A stretch of 64,000 bases of DNA from Octopus sinensis (taxonomy: Eukaryota): assembly GCF_006345805.1 (NCBI RefSeq), contig NC_042998.1:35216001-35280000 (forward strand), given 5' to 3'. How positions within the stretch are numbered: the stretch's first letter is position 1; each line of letters begins with the position of its first letter. A program made the position numbers and the translations under genes. Below the pieces are notes generated by a model. It had not been told where the DNA came from. It did not search any database and saw only the letters and a program-made list of their open reading frames with translations. Shown piece by piece: positions 25,995-39,439 of the stretch.

Positions 25995-26365
25995 GAGGCG
26001 CAACTGACCCAGTGGTTAGAGCAGCGGACTCGCGGTCGAGGGATCGCGGTTTCGAATCCCAGACCGGGCGTTGTAAGTGTTTATTGAGTGAAAACGCCTA
26101 AAGAACCACGAGGCTCCGGCAGGGGGGGGGGGTGACGAACCCTGCTGTACTCTTTCACCACAACTTTCCCCTCACTCTTTCTTCCTGTTTCTGTTGTACC
26201 TGTATTTCAGAGGGACCATCCTTGTAACGCTGAATCTCTCCGGGTGCTACGTTAAGGGTACACGTGCCTGTGGAGTTCTCAGCCACTTGCACGTTAATTT
26301 CACGAGCAGGCTGTTCCGTTAATTGGATCAACTGAAACCCTCGTCGTCGCAACCGACGGAGGGCC
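25995..26365 (+). mobile_element. SINE D with tail X
   Basis: tRNA head followed by the tail shared with family C. Confidence 0.85.
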
Positions 26366-26597
26366 ACGACGATGTGTTTGTACAAAAGTCCTCCGTTTCA
26401 TTCTCTTCTTCGTTTTATCTAATTTAATATAATATATCTTATTAAATTTCCTTTCTTTTTGCTTGACACATTCTTCTTCATATTAATTCCTCTTCTAAAA
26501 CTGCCTGTTGTAAGTAACAGTGTAAATTTTCACCTGCTCTCTACTGTTCAACATACGTATTGTCCTAGAATGGCATTTTCTATGGTTTATATATTAA

Positions 26598-26982
26598 CTA
26601 GCAGTATCGCCCGGCGTTGCTCAGGTTTGTAAGGGAAATAACTATAAAGCATTTTTAGAGAGTTATAGCCAAAAAACAGCAAAAAAATGGGAAAAAATGA
26701 TGGTAAATTTTTTTTTGATAGTTAAAAAAGGTGGAGTTGCGTCCCCTACACAGTTTGTGGTTTGTGTTCCTGATTCTCGACCCCATGTCGAATTTATCGA
26801 TTTTTTTCAGAAGTGAGGGAACTTTTCAAAATTTTCGCTGCGTTAGTTTTGAATTATGACATTGGGCTATGTGTGTGTCAAGTTTCATCTGAATCGGTTG
26901 AAAGCCGTGGTCAGGGTGAGGGTACAAGCAAACAGACACACAGAAACACGCACAGACAAACTGCCGTTTATATAGAGAGAGA
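26598..26982 (-). mobile_element. Non-autonomous Helitron H1, copy 2
   Basis: Closely similar to 11656-12028, with TC/CTAG ends and an A^T site. Confidence 0.8.
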
Positions 26983-27042
26983 TTAGAATTATTATCATAT
27001 TATTTTATTAATTAGAATTATTAATTATTATATTATTGTGAA

Positions 27043-27355
27043 GGCGCGTGGCTTAGTGGTTAGGGCATTCGGCTCACGATTGTGAGTTCGATTCCCGGCG
27101 ACGCGTTGTATCCTTTTAGCAAGACACTTTATTTCACGTTGCTCCAGTCCATTCAGCTGGCAAAAATGAGCTGTACCTGTATTTCAAAGGGCCGGCCTTG
27201 TCACACTCTGTGTCACGCTGAATCTCCCTGGGAACTACGTTAAGAGTACACATGTCTGTGGAGTGCTCAACCACTTGCGCGTTAATTTCACGAGTAGGCT
27301 GTTCCGTTGATCGTATCAGCTGGAACCCTCGTCGTCGTCGTAACCGACGGAGTGC
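27043..27355 (+). mobile_element. SINE C
   Basis: Match to the 14297 copy. Confidence 0.85.
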
Positions 27356-28112
27356 TCCTGTATTATTTAGAGTTTACAACATCAGGCGAAGATAACGAAC
27401 AGCAATGGAACATTCTTTTTCTGGCTATTTATTTGCTGTCCATACTCTGACCAAAAACCTGCTGCTCGTGCTGTTGCTAGCGATGCATTAATTTAAATTT
27501 TGGTTTTGCCCACCTCGTAGTAACACGTTTTTGTTGGAATCAAAATGTTAATTTTCATCAAAGAATTGGTTTCGTTTTTCATAAAGACGGATTTCTTCTC
27601 TTTGACTTTGACATTCTTTGATTTTGATCACTTTTTTTTTTTTTTTTTTTGTTGTTGTATGGATATAGTAATTTTTCCTTCTTTTCATTTTTGTCATTTC
27701 TTTTTTGCTTTTTTTTTATTCCATCAAAGAGTAAAAATTGGGATCTTTTTTGTATGCTTATATTCCACAATCTTTAGAGATTCTTATCGGATTAGTGCGA
27801 CTACTGCATCTCTTATGTGTCATGATCTTCGGATCTACTTTCACAAAGTCCGCTCCGGGCAGATTCCTAAATATCATAAACTTCGTTTCCATTTGTTTCT
27901 CTTTTATTTCTGTTATCGTTACTGTTCTTTTATTTAGTTTTATCTCAGGGATCATTTTTGGTCTGTCGGAATATTTCATGTCTATTTTAATTCTTTAGCT
28001 ATTTCTTTGTATTGATTATTGTAGCATTCAAATTTTCCAACTAGAAGATTTTTCTATTTTAAATCCACCTCGTATTCCTGCTCATTCATATTTTCGTTTC
28101 TGCGTAAAGGGG

Positions 28113-28500
28113 TGGGGCGAGCTGGCAGAATCGCTGGTACGCCAGGAAAAATGCTACACGGCATATCTGTTTCTTTATTACCCACAAGGGCTAAACATAG
28201 AGGGGACAAACAAAGACAGACAAACGGATTAAGTCGATTACATCGACCCCAGTGCGTAACTGGTACTTATTTAATCGACCCCGAAAGGATGAAAGGCAAA
28301 GTCGACCTCGGCGAAATTTGAACTCAGAACGTAACGGCAGATGAAATACGGCTAGGCATTTCGCCCGGCGTGCTAACGTTTCTGCCAGCTCGCCGCCTTC
28401 TGCCAGCTCGCTACACGGCATATCGTCTGCCTTTACAGTCTGAGCTCAAATCCCGCCGCCGTCGATTTTTGCCTTTCATTCTTCCGAGATCGATGAAATA
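28113..28500. mobile_element. SINE A (minus) nested in an older SINE A (plus)
   Basis: TSD gctacacggcatatc at 28153 and 28410. Confidence 0.85.
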
Positions 28501-28677
28501 GGAACCGGATGAGCATCCCGAACTTGCTGGACTTCTTGCTAAAATTTTAAACCAATATTTTCGTTTCTGTAGTTCTCGTTCACTTCGATTATTATTATTA
28601 TTATTATTAATACGTACATACGCTAGGCTTGGTTTTCTCGGAGTTTGTTACTTGTTTTGCTTCTTATTTATACACTA

Positions 28678-28790
28678 CAGTAATCCCTCGACTATCGCGG
28701 GAGTTACGTTCCAAAACCGCCGCGATAGGTGAAAATCCGCGAAGTAGAAACAGTACTGTACTGTGTTTTTTGTAATATTTAATGTAAAGA
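28678..28790 (+). mobile_element. pogo/Tigger-like terminal fragment
   Basis: TA+cagtaatccctcgactatcgcggg; partner TIR not found. Confidence 0.45.
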
Positions 28791-28927
28791 CTAGACATAT
28801 ATTATGTGTGTGTTTAACTGGCAAAATATGGCCATCCCCAAGTATAACAATATCTGTTTCAGCACAAGATTTCACATCAAAAAACTTGCAAAACAAATTC
28901 ATAAACGTACACACACATACAGACATT

Positions 28928-29031
<104 letters not shown>

Positions 29032-29076
29032 ATATATATAAATGAAAGAATGGAGTTGAACGACGATTTAACAAAA

Positions 29077-29175
29077 TTCCTTTATTCTCGACATATGTTT
29101 CGAAGACTGCATATTCCTAATTCCAAAGGAATAAAGGGTGCATTATGCCGCCTTCTCATCAGGAAAGACAAGGAG
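29077..29175 (-). ncRNA. Type I hammerhead ribozyme (left arm)
   Basis: Reverse complement of the motif at 29271-29369; core intact. Confidence 0.75.
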
Positions 29176-29270
29176 CTTATGTCAGCATCATGACGAACAA
29201 AAACTTTTAGATGAGTCCTCCGTGTGGGCAGTCATCTAAAAGTTTTTGTTCGTCATGATGCTGACATAAG

Positions 29271-29369
29271 TTCCTTGTCTTTCCTGATGAGAAGGCGGCA
29301 TAATGCACCCTTTGTTCCTTCGGAATTAGGAATATGCAGTCTTCGAAACATATGTCGAGAATAAAGGAA
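29271..29369 (+). ncRNA. Type I hammerhead ribozyme (right arm)
   Basis: CUGAUGA at 29284; stem II GAAGGC/GUCUUC with extension; GAAA at 29345; palindromic ACAUAUGU; GUC cleavage after 29356; stem I UUUC/GAGA plus UUCCUU/AAGGAA. Confidence 0.8.
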
Positions 29370-29556
29370 TTTTGTTAAATCGTCGTTCAGCTCCATTCTT
29401 TCATATATTTATATTAAAAAAACACACAAATTTCCACACGAAGGCACGTGATCTCTGCCCTTAGCATGTAGCTTCAACCGTGTTTTCTGACGTGAATTTG
29501 CTACCCGGGTATCGGTTAACCGAATTATCCATACTAGGATAATTCATTCAACTACT

Positions 29557-29659
<103 letters not shown>

Positions 29660-30212
29660 CATATATGTGTGTATGTATATACGTGTGTGTGTGTGTTTCA
29701 TATGGTTCAAAGAACGACGTAGAGATTCTCTCTCTCCATCGCCAAGAATTATAAGTATTGACCGTAAGCACAGCATAAAACAGGAAAGAAACACGCGACA
29801 GGTTGACTGATTGCTTGGTATGATAAACAACCGATTCAGCCATTTTGAAGTGTTCTTATGCAGGACGAAAGATGCAATGCAATTGCCGTTTATTTATAGT
29901 CAATACACCTCTTTGTAAACTTTCTATATAACTGACACCAACGTGGAACAGTAATTCATTCATTCGTAATTGGACAGTTTATTCTTTCCGCAGCATAACC
30001 ATCTACATAAATGGCAGTGTGTACCATAGAACTTGATGTTGCTTGTAATAACTATCGATTATCCAGAGCGAGATGAGTAATGTTTGTATTCTTCTCAAAA
30101 ACATTGGCACAAATGCTAATTCAGAGCCTACACACCGGCACGTGTTCACGCACACACACACAGACACATACACATACGCACGCACACACACACACACACA
30201 TACAAATACATT

Positions 30213-30252
<40 letters not shown>

Positions 30253-30333
30253 TGTTTATACATACATGCACATATTTATATACAATATAGGTATATTATG
30301 TATATTAATATAAGTATATATCATATCTATATA

Positions 30334-30725
30334 TCTATATATATATATAAAGCTGAAGTTGTCTGTGTGTGGCAGGTTTGGTAGCCTTCAACTAACACTA
30401 TCTCCTCCGAGACTCTGCGGCGCAAGTTGACCAAAATTGAGAGTTTGATAGAAAAAGGCTTGCTCTTCCTTCGTAGAAGATAAAATTCAAATCGGACAAT
30501 GTTAACACCAAAAATTATTTACATCAAAAGGTGCTTTTTTTCTATGAAAATCCCTATTTTTTACGATGTTTTGACTGCTGTGTCGCCATTTTTCGGTGTA
30601 TTTCATCCAGAAAAATGTTCACTTAAAGAGAATAACAAGCTATATAATGCAAAATTTTTACTGTTCAAAAATTCCAATTCTAAAGGGTCGAAACAAACCC
30701 GAGCAACGCCGGGCGATACTGCTAG
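30334..30725 (+). mobile_element. Non-autonomous Helitron, family H2
   Basis: A^TC start; ends aaacccgagcaacgccgggcgatactgCTAG^T; interior unlike H1. Confidence 0.75.
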
Positions 30726-30809
30726 TATAAATTTATAGCTAAATATAAATATATAATATACATATATTTAAGTATAAAATAATAAATACATATATGTATA
30801 TGCATATAT

Positions 30810-31760
30810 GCTGGCAACTGGAGTGCCGCCAGACGCCCACAGTCCCCTGCCAGTCGAGAAATCGGTAGGTGAAGGTCCCACTTTTGATATTCTATGGAGG
30901 TTTAGTGGCGGGCAAGGACGACGACTCGCTCGGGAAAACTCTGGGCGTCGACGACGATCAACTGGTTTTTTTTTCTATTTCTAAGAACTTTTGAGCCGAG
31001 GTCCATGGAAAGTTTCCAGGAACCTCTGACCTGGCAGTGCTACTTGGGTGAGGTGGGGGCATTGCTTACTCAACATAAACTCTAAATGTATTGATGTGTC
31101 GTCAGCCGAGGCTGTGCGGGATGTGTGAGAGGTGTACAGAGAGACGAAACTGTTCTGCAGTGCCCGAGTATTACTGAATTCTAGGTTTATGTCGAACAAC
31201 TGCTGTCACGTTTAGAATGAATTTGGTTATCGGGTCAGTTTATTGTGAAGATTACCTTGTTAGGAAGGAAAGGAGGTGTTTATCTATCTGCTGGCCATAA
31301 CAAAAAAGGTTTTGCAACGAACCAAATTGGCACACTTTCTTCTTCTCGCCAAGCCCTCATCATCTTCTTTGAAGTTCCACTTGAAATGAGATATGAGATT
31401 AAAAAGGAAAGTGTTATTTTCTAGCAAAGCTGTTGAAAGATAATTGAGATTTGTAAGAAAACCCAAGAGAAGGGGACGCTCTGAGCCTGTAGATGGAGGG
31501 AAGAGGATGGAGAGAGGACGCGTGCCTTAGTTGTTAAGGTAACCGTGGTTTTGTATGGTCTCCTCAAACATTCCTTGGAGATCTCCCTCCTTTGAAGAAT
31601 TTTTCTCGTTGGAATTTTTGTTTATTTGTTTTTGTTACTTTATTTTGCACGCCTTTATATTTACTCCGCATTCTATCATATCATATTGTATCTTCGTGCA
31701 CCATTTTTCACCTGAATGGAAGCCCTTCGTTATTAATAAAGAAAATATTATTATTACTAT
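30810..31760 (+). mobile_element. Decayed 3' part of an L1/Tx1-like LINE
   Basis: Fragments FYGGLVAGKDDDSLGKTLGVDDDQL, TWQCY, DETVLQCPSITEF*VYVEQLLSR and RQALIIFF resemble L1/Tx1 ORF2 C-termini (from memory). Confidence 0.6.
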
Positions 31761-33257
31761 TCAAGGTGACAAACTGTCAGAATCATTAGCGAGTCCGTCA
31801 AAACACTTTAGCAACATTCCTTCTGGCTCTTTACGATCTGAGTTCAAATTCCGTCGAAATCGACTTTGTCTTTCATCTTTCTAGAATCGATCATTTATAC
31901 CAACCAGGGAGAGAGGTCGGTGTAATCGATTTTCCCGCTTCCCTCATAATTTCTGGCTTTGTGCCCTATAGTTGAAAGAATTGTTATTAGAATTTTATTT
32001 TCTGAAATCGGCAAGAAAATCAATGAACAGATTGATTTCTGGTCAGTTAATTGTATCGAACTGTTTGGTGTACTTTTGGCTGCATTGTTTGATTAATACC
32101 AGAACATCTTTGTTTTTTTTTTATTCTGTTAGAAGGTAAAAAAGAGAGAACAAAAAAGTGAGTCTATATATACAGACATTTGATGGACACAATGTGAGTC
32201 GATTTGCCTTCACCTTGTGCAAAAGGTTTTACACTTTAGCTGTTAATCCAACACACTGTTGACTCAGACACCTGTGGTTTGTTTACACCAATTAGGTAAA
32301 CTATTGATACCATAGAGTGAAAATTCTCGCCTGAATGTATTACATTCACTTTCAGTATGATTAAAATCCGAGCTTGACAATTAAGTGATTGAAAAAGAAA
32401 CTAGATTTATGCGGTTTCTTCATTTACATTAATTTCTTTAGTAAATGTAAAATCTATGACAATTATTCAGAAAAAGAAAGAATTGTTATATTCTGAGGTA
32501 TAAATGTCTCCACAGAACATTAACATAATTCATGTTTATGTTGGCCGATAGATCAGTTGAATGGACGCGACTTGCGGCGTAAAATAACTGATCGATGTTT
32601 CGTATTTCCCCAGTGATAACAAAATATTTATCCACATAATTACTACAACAAGTCATTTCCGTAAGTGAATTTTATATCCTAATTTTTAATGTTGATTCTT
32701 GCATTTGAGCACTCCCACATAGTTATTTACATAAAAGTCTGTATAGAATTATGTTCTTGTTATTTCGCCCGTTTCCGTAAAGTACAACTTTCTGTATTTC
32801 ACTAGACATAAACAGTAAACCATGCACGATTCTCTTAGTAGTCTCGCCCTCATTGAACCCACTTCATAATCGCTCTTCACAGAGGTTTTGAATATTTTCG
32901 GTATATCTTCAAAATATTTATCGATACATAAATATGTGTGTGTGTGTGTGAGTGTGTGTGTATGTTTATATGTATGTATTATGTATGTATGCATGTAGCG
33001 AGCTCATGTGTTTTTGGACCAAAATCCAATTCTTAACCATCGAGGTAAGTTGGAATCGTTTTAGTCGACCTGAAGAACAGAGATGTGTGTATTACATCGC
33101 TCATTCATCCGTGTGAGCATAACAAGTTAATGAGTTTTAAAGACGAATACTCGAAAAAGCTAAAGCATGAAATTTTTTTAAAAACTGAATATAAACCGAA
33201 TTTTGAATCAAAGACTTTTTCCTAGATCGTTAATTGCTTATTCGTTTATTCATTTGA

Positions 33258-34525
33258 TATGTATATGGATGTATGTATGCATGTATGTATGTACGTATGT
33301 ATGTGTGCATGTATGTATGTATGGATGGATAGATAGATATGTATGTATGTATGCATGCATGCATGTATGCATGCATGCATGTATGCATCTATGTATGTAT
33401 GTATGCATTATGTATGTATGTATGTATGCATGTATGCATCTATGTATGTATTTATGCATGCATGCATGCATGTATGTATACATGCATGTATGTATGTATG
33501 TATGTATGTATGTATGTATGTATGTATGCATGCATGTATGTATGTGTGCATGTATGTATGTACGTATGTATGTGTGCATGTGTGTATGGATGGATGGATA
33601 CATAGATATGTATGTATGTATGTATGCATGCATTCATGTATGCATCTATGTATGTATGTATGCATGTATGTATGTATGTATGTATGTATGTACGCATGTA
33701 TGCATCTATGTATGTATTTATGCATGCATGCATGTATGTATGTATGCATGTATGTATGTATGTATGTATGTATTATGCATGTGTGCATGTATGTTGTGTG
33801 CATGTATGTATGTGTGCATGTATGTATGGATGGATGGATGGATAGATAGATATGTATGTATGTATGTATGCATGCATCTATGTATGTATATATGTATGTA
33901 TGTCTGTATGTATGTATGTATGTATGTATGTATGCTTGTATGTAGGTATGTATGCATGCATGTATGTATGTATGTAAGCATGTATGTATGTATGTATGTA
34001 TGTATGTGTGCATGTATGTATGTATGGATGGATGGATGGATGGATAGATAGATATGTATTTACGTATGTATGCATGCATTCATGTATGCATCTATATATG
34101 TATGCTTGCATACATGCATGTATGTATGTATGCATGCATGTATGCATCTATGTATGTATGTATGCATGCATGCATGCATGCATATATGTATGTATGTATG
34201 CATGCATGCATGTATGTATGTTTGTATGCATATATGTGTGCATGTATGTATGGATGGATAGATAGATAGATATGTATGTATGCATGCATGTATGTATGTA
34301 TGTATTTATGCATGCATGCATGCATGTATGTATGTATGTATATATGTATGCATGCATGTATGTATGTATGCATGTATGTGTGCATGTATGTATGTGTGTA
34401 TGTATGTATGGATGGATAGATAGATATGTATGTATGCATGCATGTATGCATGCATGTATGCATCTATGTATGTATGTATGTATGTATGTATATATGTCTG
34501 TCTGTATGTATGCATGCATGCATGC

Positions 34526-34558
<33 letters not shown>

Positions 34559-34613
34559 TGTATGTATGTATGTATGTATGTATGCATGCGTGTGTGTGTG
34601 TGTGTGTGTGTGT
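33258..34613. repeat. 1.35-kb degenerate (TATG/CATG)n satellite
   Basis: Direct reading; source of the many YVCM-type spurious ORFs. Confidence 0.95.
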
Positions 34614-34828
34614 CTGTACGTATACATTTCCCGCTTCCTGTTCGTTTTCAATGAGACTAGTAGAAAACTGGTCTGCACAAAGAGAATTCGTTAATGAGCC
34701 AATTGATGGTTGGGATTGGAGGTTGGAGAGAATCAGTCTTATAATTCGTACGAGTTTGCGACTGACCATTCTTCCTGCACGCTTGATTTAATCTGTTTCA
34801 ACGGGGACGGCTGCTGCTATGCCACCTA

Positions 34829-35205
34829 TACTCTTTACTCTTTTACTTGTTTCAGTCATTTGACTGCGGCCATGCTGGAGCACCGCCTTTAGTCGAGCAA
34901 CTCGACCCCGGGACTTATTCTTTTCGTAAGCCCAGTACTTATTCTATCGGTCTCTTTTTGCCGAACCGCTTTTGGACGGGGACGTAAACACACCAGCATC
35001 GGTTGTCAAGCATTGCTAGGGGAACAAACACAGACACACAAACACACACACATACATATATAGATATATATACATATATACGACAGGCTTCTTTCAGTTT
35101 CCGTCTACCAAATCCACTCACAAGGCATTGGTCGGCCCGGGGCTATAGCAGAAGACACTTGCCCAAGATGCCACGCAGTGGGACTGAACCCGGAACCATG
35201 TGGTT
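34829..35205 (-). mobile_element. SINE B, head truncated
   Basis: Match to family B. Confidence 0.85.
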
Positions 35206-35545
35206 GCTTAGGTTAGCAAGCTCAAGATACTACACCCGGCCAACAACTGGCAAATATTTTAAAGAACATCAGGTGTGACAGAAGCGTATATCTAGACGGA
35301 AAACATTGCTACTGAGCAAATCCTTGCATATAACGTGGAAGATGTATAAGGAAAACTTCCACAAAATTTCCGTGGCTACGACAATAAACCGTCCATATCT
35401 TAGCTACCGCATTGACCAGAATTATTATCTCTGCATATAGCAAAGCTATGCACCTTATTTTATTTTCCGTGTGGTAATTTCTTAGTACTTTTTCAGAAGA
35501 GCACCACCTTTCAGCTTATATAAATTGACTTTTACATTCCGTTGC

Positions 35546-36136
35546 GGATCTTTTCACTTTGACCGGCAGATTAAAAAATAATTTCTTTGTATCGATCTAT
35601 TAGTATCGATCTATTGCATTTCAATCTGTTTTAGGGTTAGGGTTAGGGTTAGGGGTAGGGGAAGGGTATCTTTTTTCTTCAGAAATGTAAATAAACCCAA
35701 TTTGTTTCTTAGACGAATATATAATATGTAATGCGTGTATCTGTGCAACAGAGAGGGAAATTAAAACTGCATATGTTGTGAACATAGAATATGTGTTTAT
35801 TAATAAAAGTTTAATAACGATAATCTTTTATTCATACGAACGTAACTGATATGAAATATGTCATAAATAACAGTGACAAACTGAGTAGACACCGCAAGAA
35901 ATTGTTGACAAGGAACAGCAGAAATGGTATTCACCTCAATAGACGTCATTGATTGGTTGAAATTGCCGAAATGCAAGAAATTTAACAAGAAATAGCTTAC
36001 AAACTACAGAATTTTCTCAAGAAAGCCAAGAGAAAAAGATGTTTTATGTAACACATTCTACCAGTATACGAAGTTTAAAAGTGTTTAGTTACAAAGAAAT
36101 TATTTTAAAAATCTTCCGGTCAAAGTGATAAGATCC
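35546..36136. mobile_element. MITE with ~46-bp TIRs, 8-bp TSD and internal TTAGGG repeats
   Basis: TIR ggatctt(t/a)tcactttgaccgg(c/a)agatt..aaataatttctttgta; TSD tccgttgc at 35538 and 36137. Confidence 0.85.
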
Positions 36137-36757
36137 TCCGTTGCTACTCATCGTACAGGTTTACCAAATTTAGTTCTAGTTATTAGCTTTTTGCTCTTCT
36201 CACTACGCATCTTATGTTTCGGAGAATTTCATAGACCTTTGGCTGAAAGTTGTAGCAAAACGCAAAGCTAGACATTAATCTCAACAATACACGGTATAGG
36301 TCTTCCACTGTATTCTCTACTAAGATCCTCTTATCATTTGCTCTTGCTTTGATTCCACTTCTGTTGTTTCCTCAAAACTATATCCTGGTTTGTAGTTATA
36401 TCATGCTTAACAACATTCAGCTGACAGTGAAAAGGTCAAGATTCATCTTCACTTATAACACTTCACTAAATATATCTTGTCAACATTTTTTTAGCTGCCC
36501 TTTAACTGAATCCCTTTCTTTACCTGAAACACTTTCTCATTAGGTCTCCCGTTTATCTAACATATTCTGACCTAATTTTCACTTCCAACCATACCTACCA
36601 CATATTATTTTTAATTGCTTTAGTCTAATTAATTCTGAACTAGTTTATAACCTTGCAACAATGAATTGTGAATAACAAGCTCAGCTGCTCTTAATCGGTT
36701 TCCTGTCTAGACATCGTATGTCCCAATTCATAGTTGTAAGATCTGTATTACCATCTA

Positions 36758-37144
36758 GAGGAGGCGCGATGGCCCAGTGGTTAGGGCAGCGGACTCGCGG
36801 TCGTAGGATCGCGGTTTCGATTCCCAGACCGGGCGTTGTAAGTGTTTATTGAGTGAAAACACCTAAAGCTCCACGAGGCTCCGGCAGGGGATGGTGGTGA
36901 TCCCTGCTGTACTCTTTCACTACAACTTTCTCTCACTCTTACTTCCTGTTTCTGTTGTACCTGTATTTCAAAGGGCCGGCCTTGTCACTCTCTGTGTCAC
37001 GCTGAATATCCCCGAGAACTACGTTAAGGGTACACGTGTCTGTGGAGTGCTCAGCCACTTACACGTTAATTTCACGAGCAAGCTGTTCCGTTGATCGGAT
37101 CAACCGGAACCCTCGTCGTCGTAACCGACGGAGTGCTTCCATCC
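36758..37144 (+). mobile_element. SINE D with tail X and 11-bp TSD
   Basis: TSD attaccatcta at 36747 and 37145. Confidence 0.9.
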
Positions 37145-38328
37145 ATTACCATCTAACACGAAACAGTGAATATCTTACACTGTTTCTATTCACCAATATG
37201 AATACCAAATGCTGTTTCACTAAACTGAGATTGGTCAAAGAAATTATTTAAAATCTGCCAAACACTTTCAACTCTAAGAGCAAATTTAAATGGAATTCAC
37301 ATATTCTTCTCAGCTGGAGAAAAAGAGAACTGTCATCACATGACTTTCTTTTCAATCAACTTGATAGCTTATCGGTTTTTTTTTTCCCATACAGTATGAA
37401 TAGTCTCTTAGTGTTTTTAAGACATACACAGTTTTATGTGGTACTCACAGGAAGGTAACTTATCCGAAATAGAGGTTTTGTGATACTCAACACAATAAGG
37501 TTGCATCGAAAAGAACAATACAACTGAAGGGTGAAATGACATTGTCGTATATATGAAGCTTCATTAATGGCGTACATTTAATCAAATGATCATTCACTCT
37601 TCTAATCAGGAATTTTTTCACTTGACGGTACTCTCGACTATATTAGTTCATTTGTTTAATGTGTTAATACTTGAGAAGATCTACAAGAAAATATGACATG
37701 TTACAAAAAGAAAGGAAATGATATAAGATAAACAACGCCATTAAGTTAAAGTATTGGGTTTCAATAATCTGAACACTCGACGTTCGTGATAAACTACTTG
37801 TGCATTTTCCGATTTTAAATACTGTGGGTTTTTAATATTCAGACTTCCCGATATTTAATTTCTGCTGTTGAATTCTCATCATTCTATTTACTCACGTACA
37901 TTAGAAAAGCTTGCATTAATAGAACCCAGCGTTTTCAAAAATAGTCAGATATATGCCTCGGGCTTACTCTCTGCGATAGAATATATATTTTACATCGTGT
38001 ATCTAATAACATTAAAAGAAAAAAGAAACAGTAAACGGCGAATAGGAATTACAAAAATATTTATGTGTCTGTTTGTATGTTTGTACGCGTACATATGTAT
38101 GTGTGTGTATGTGTTCATGCGTGCTTGTATATGTTTGTTCCCGTGTATGTGTGTGTATATGCAACATATGTGCATGCGAGTGGTACTAGATGTTACCAAC
38201 ACGCTAGACATAAACATTTGTAGTAGTGGATCCGAAATACATTACATCACGTGTTTTTCTTTCCGCGTAAAACGTAATTTTATGTACGGGGTAAAACTAC
38301 AGGGAATTTGATGATGATTATGATGATG

Positions 38329-38396
<68 letters not shown>

Positions 38397-39439
38397 AAGA
38401 AGAAGAAGAAGAATGATGATAACAACAACAACATCAATAGACGGTGATGGGAAAGAGAGGTAAGGAAGGAGGCGAAGTGGTAAATGAGAAGTAAAAGAAA
38501 GGGTGGAAAATATAAGAAATATTTTAAAACTCTATTACGTATGATTGTGTTTAGTAGTAAAACACCCCATGTATATGTAGTGTAAAGATCGCCAATGTTG
38601 GATAGTTATGGACACTTATAATTTATTATTTAAAAAGTGTCAGTAATTTATAAACACGATTTCAAAACTTCAAACAAAACACTACAGCACAACAAAATTT
38701 GAACTAAAATACAAACTAAATTACTGAAATAAAATTATCGATATAAAATTAAATTATGCTCAGAATGTAAGTCACTAATATGTTTTTACCACTTTCTTCT
38801 TAGTGTAGGGTAAATCGTTCGTTTTGTTTTGAACTTGCAAAGCTATTAGCAGATATTCTGAATTTATAATCATACACTCGAGCTACTTTCAACTTGCTTA
38901 TCCTGCTATTTGGAGTTACAGAGTATTTACAACGCATTTGATTTTCCAAAGATTTTCCAAAGCAACAATTTCAAAGTTCAAAAAAATCGATGATCTGTTA
39001 TGATCACACACACATACGAATGTACAGTTTGCTGCTAACTACTTTCACTTGCGCTGTTTGAAAGCAATCATTTTAAGTTTTAGTCACTTTTAGGAATTTC
39101 ATTCTTCTCAAAAAGTTGTTCTTTTCAATTCCAGACCTCCAACGTTTAGATTTGGCTGTAAAATATAAAATTACATCTGAAACAATTTTATTTATTTATT
39201 TATTTATTTATTTATTTTTTTACTATTACAGAAACTGTAAAAGAATCTGGAACTGTTAATGCAATATTTCTAATTATAAATCCTTGCACTTTCTTTGGAG
39301 AGAGTTAGTCATATACAAAAGAGGATTCTGAAACTGGATTTATCATTTCATTGTCTGTAAATTAGATTAAAGAACATTATAAATACACATTAAAAAATGA
39401 GATAAAAGTTGTAATAACAATGAAATAATGAGAGTAATA

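Larger units (their letters stand above)
29042..29404. mobile_element. Fold-back element with two hammerheads
   Basis: ~173-bp near-identical inverted arms (29042-29214 and 29232-29404) around a 17-nt loop; follows a TA tract. Confidence 0.85.

Noticed and set aside
27545-27998. Overlapping 63-130-aa ORFs
   Set aside because: Low-complexity T-rich sequence with no recognisable domain or splice context.
33203-34791. Long ORFs (up to 282 aa) of YVCM/HTYI type
   Set aside because: Translations of the TATG satellite; similar artefacts arise at all TA/CA tracts.
35631-35666. Telomere or chromosome-fusion site
   Set aside because: Only four perfect units, and they lie inside a TIR/TSD-bounded element.
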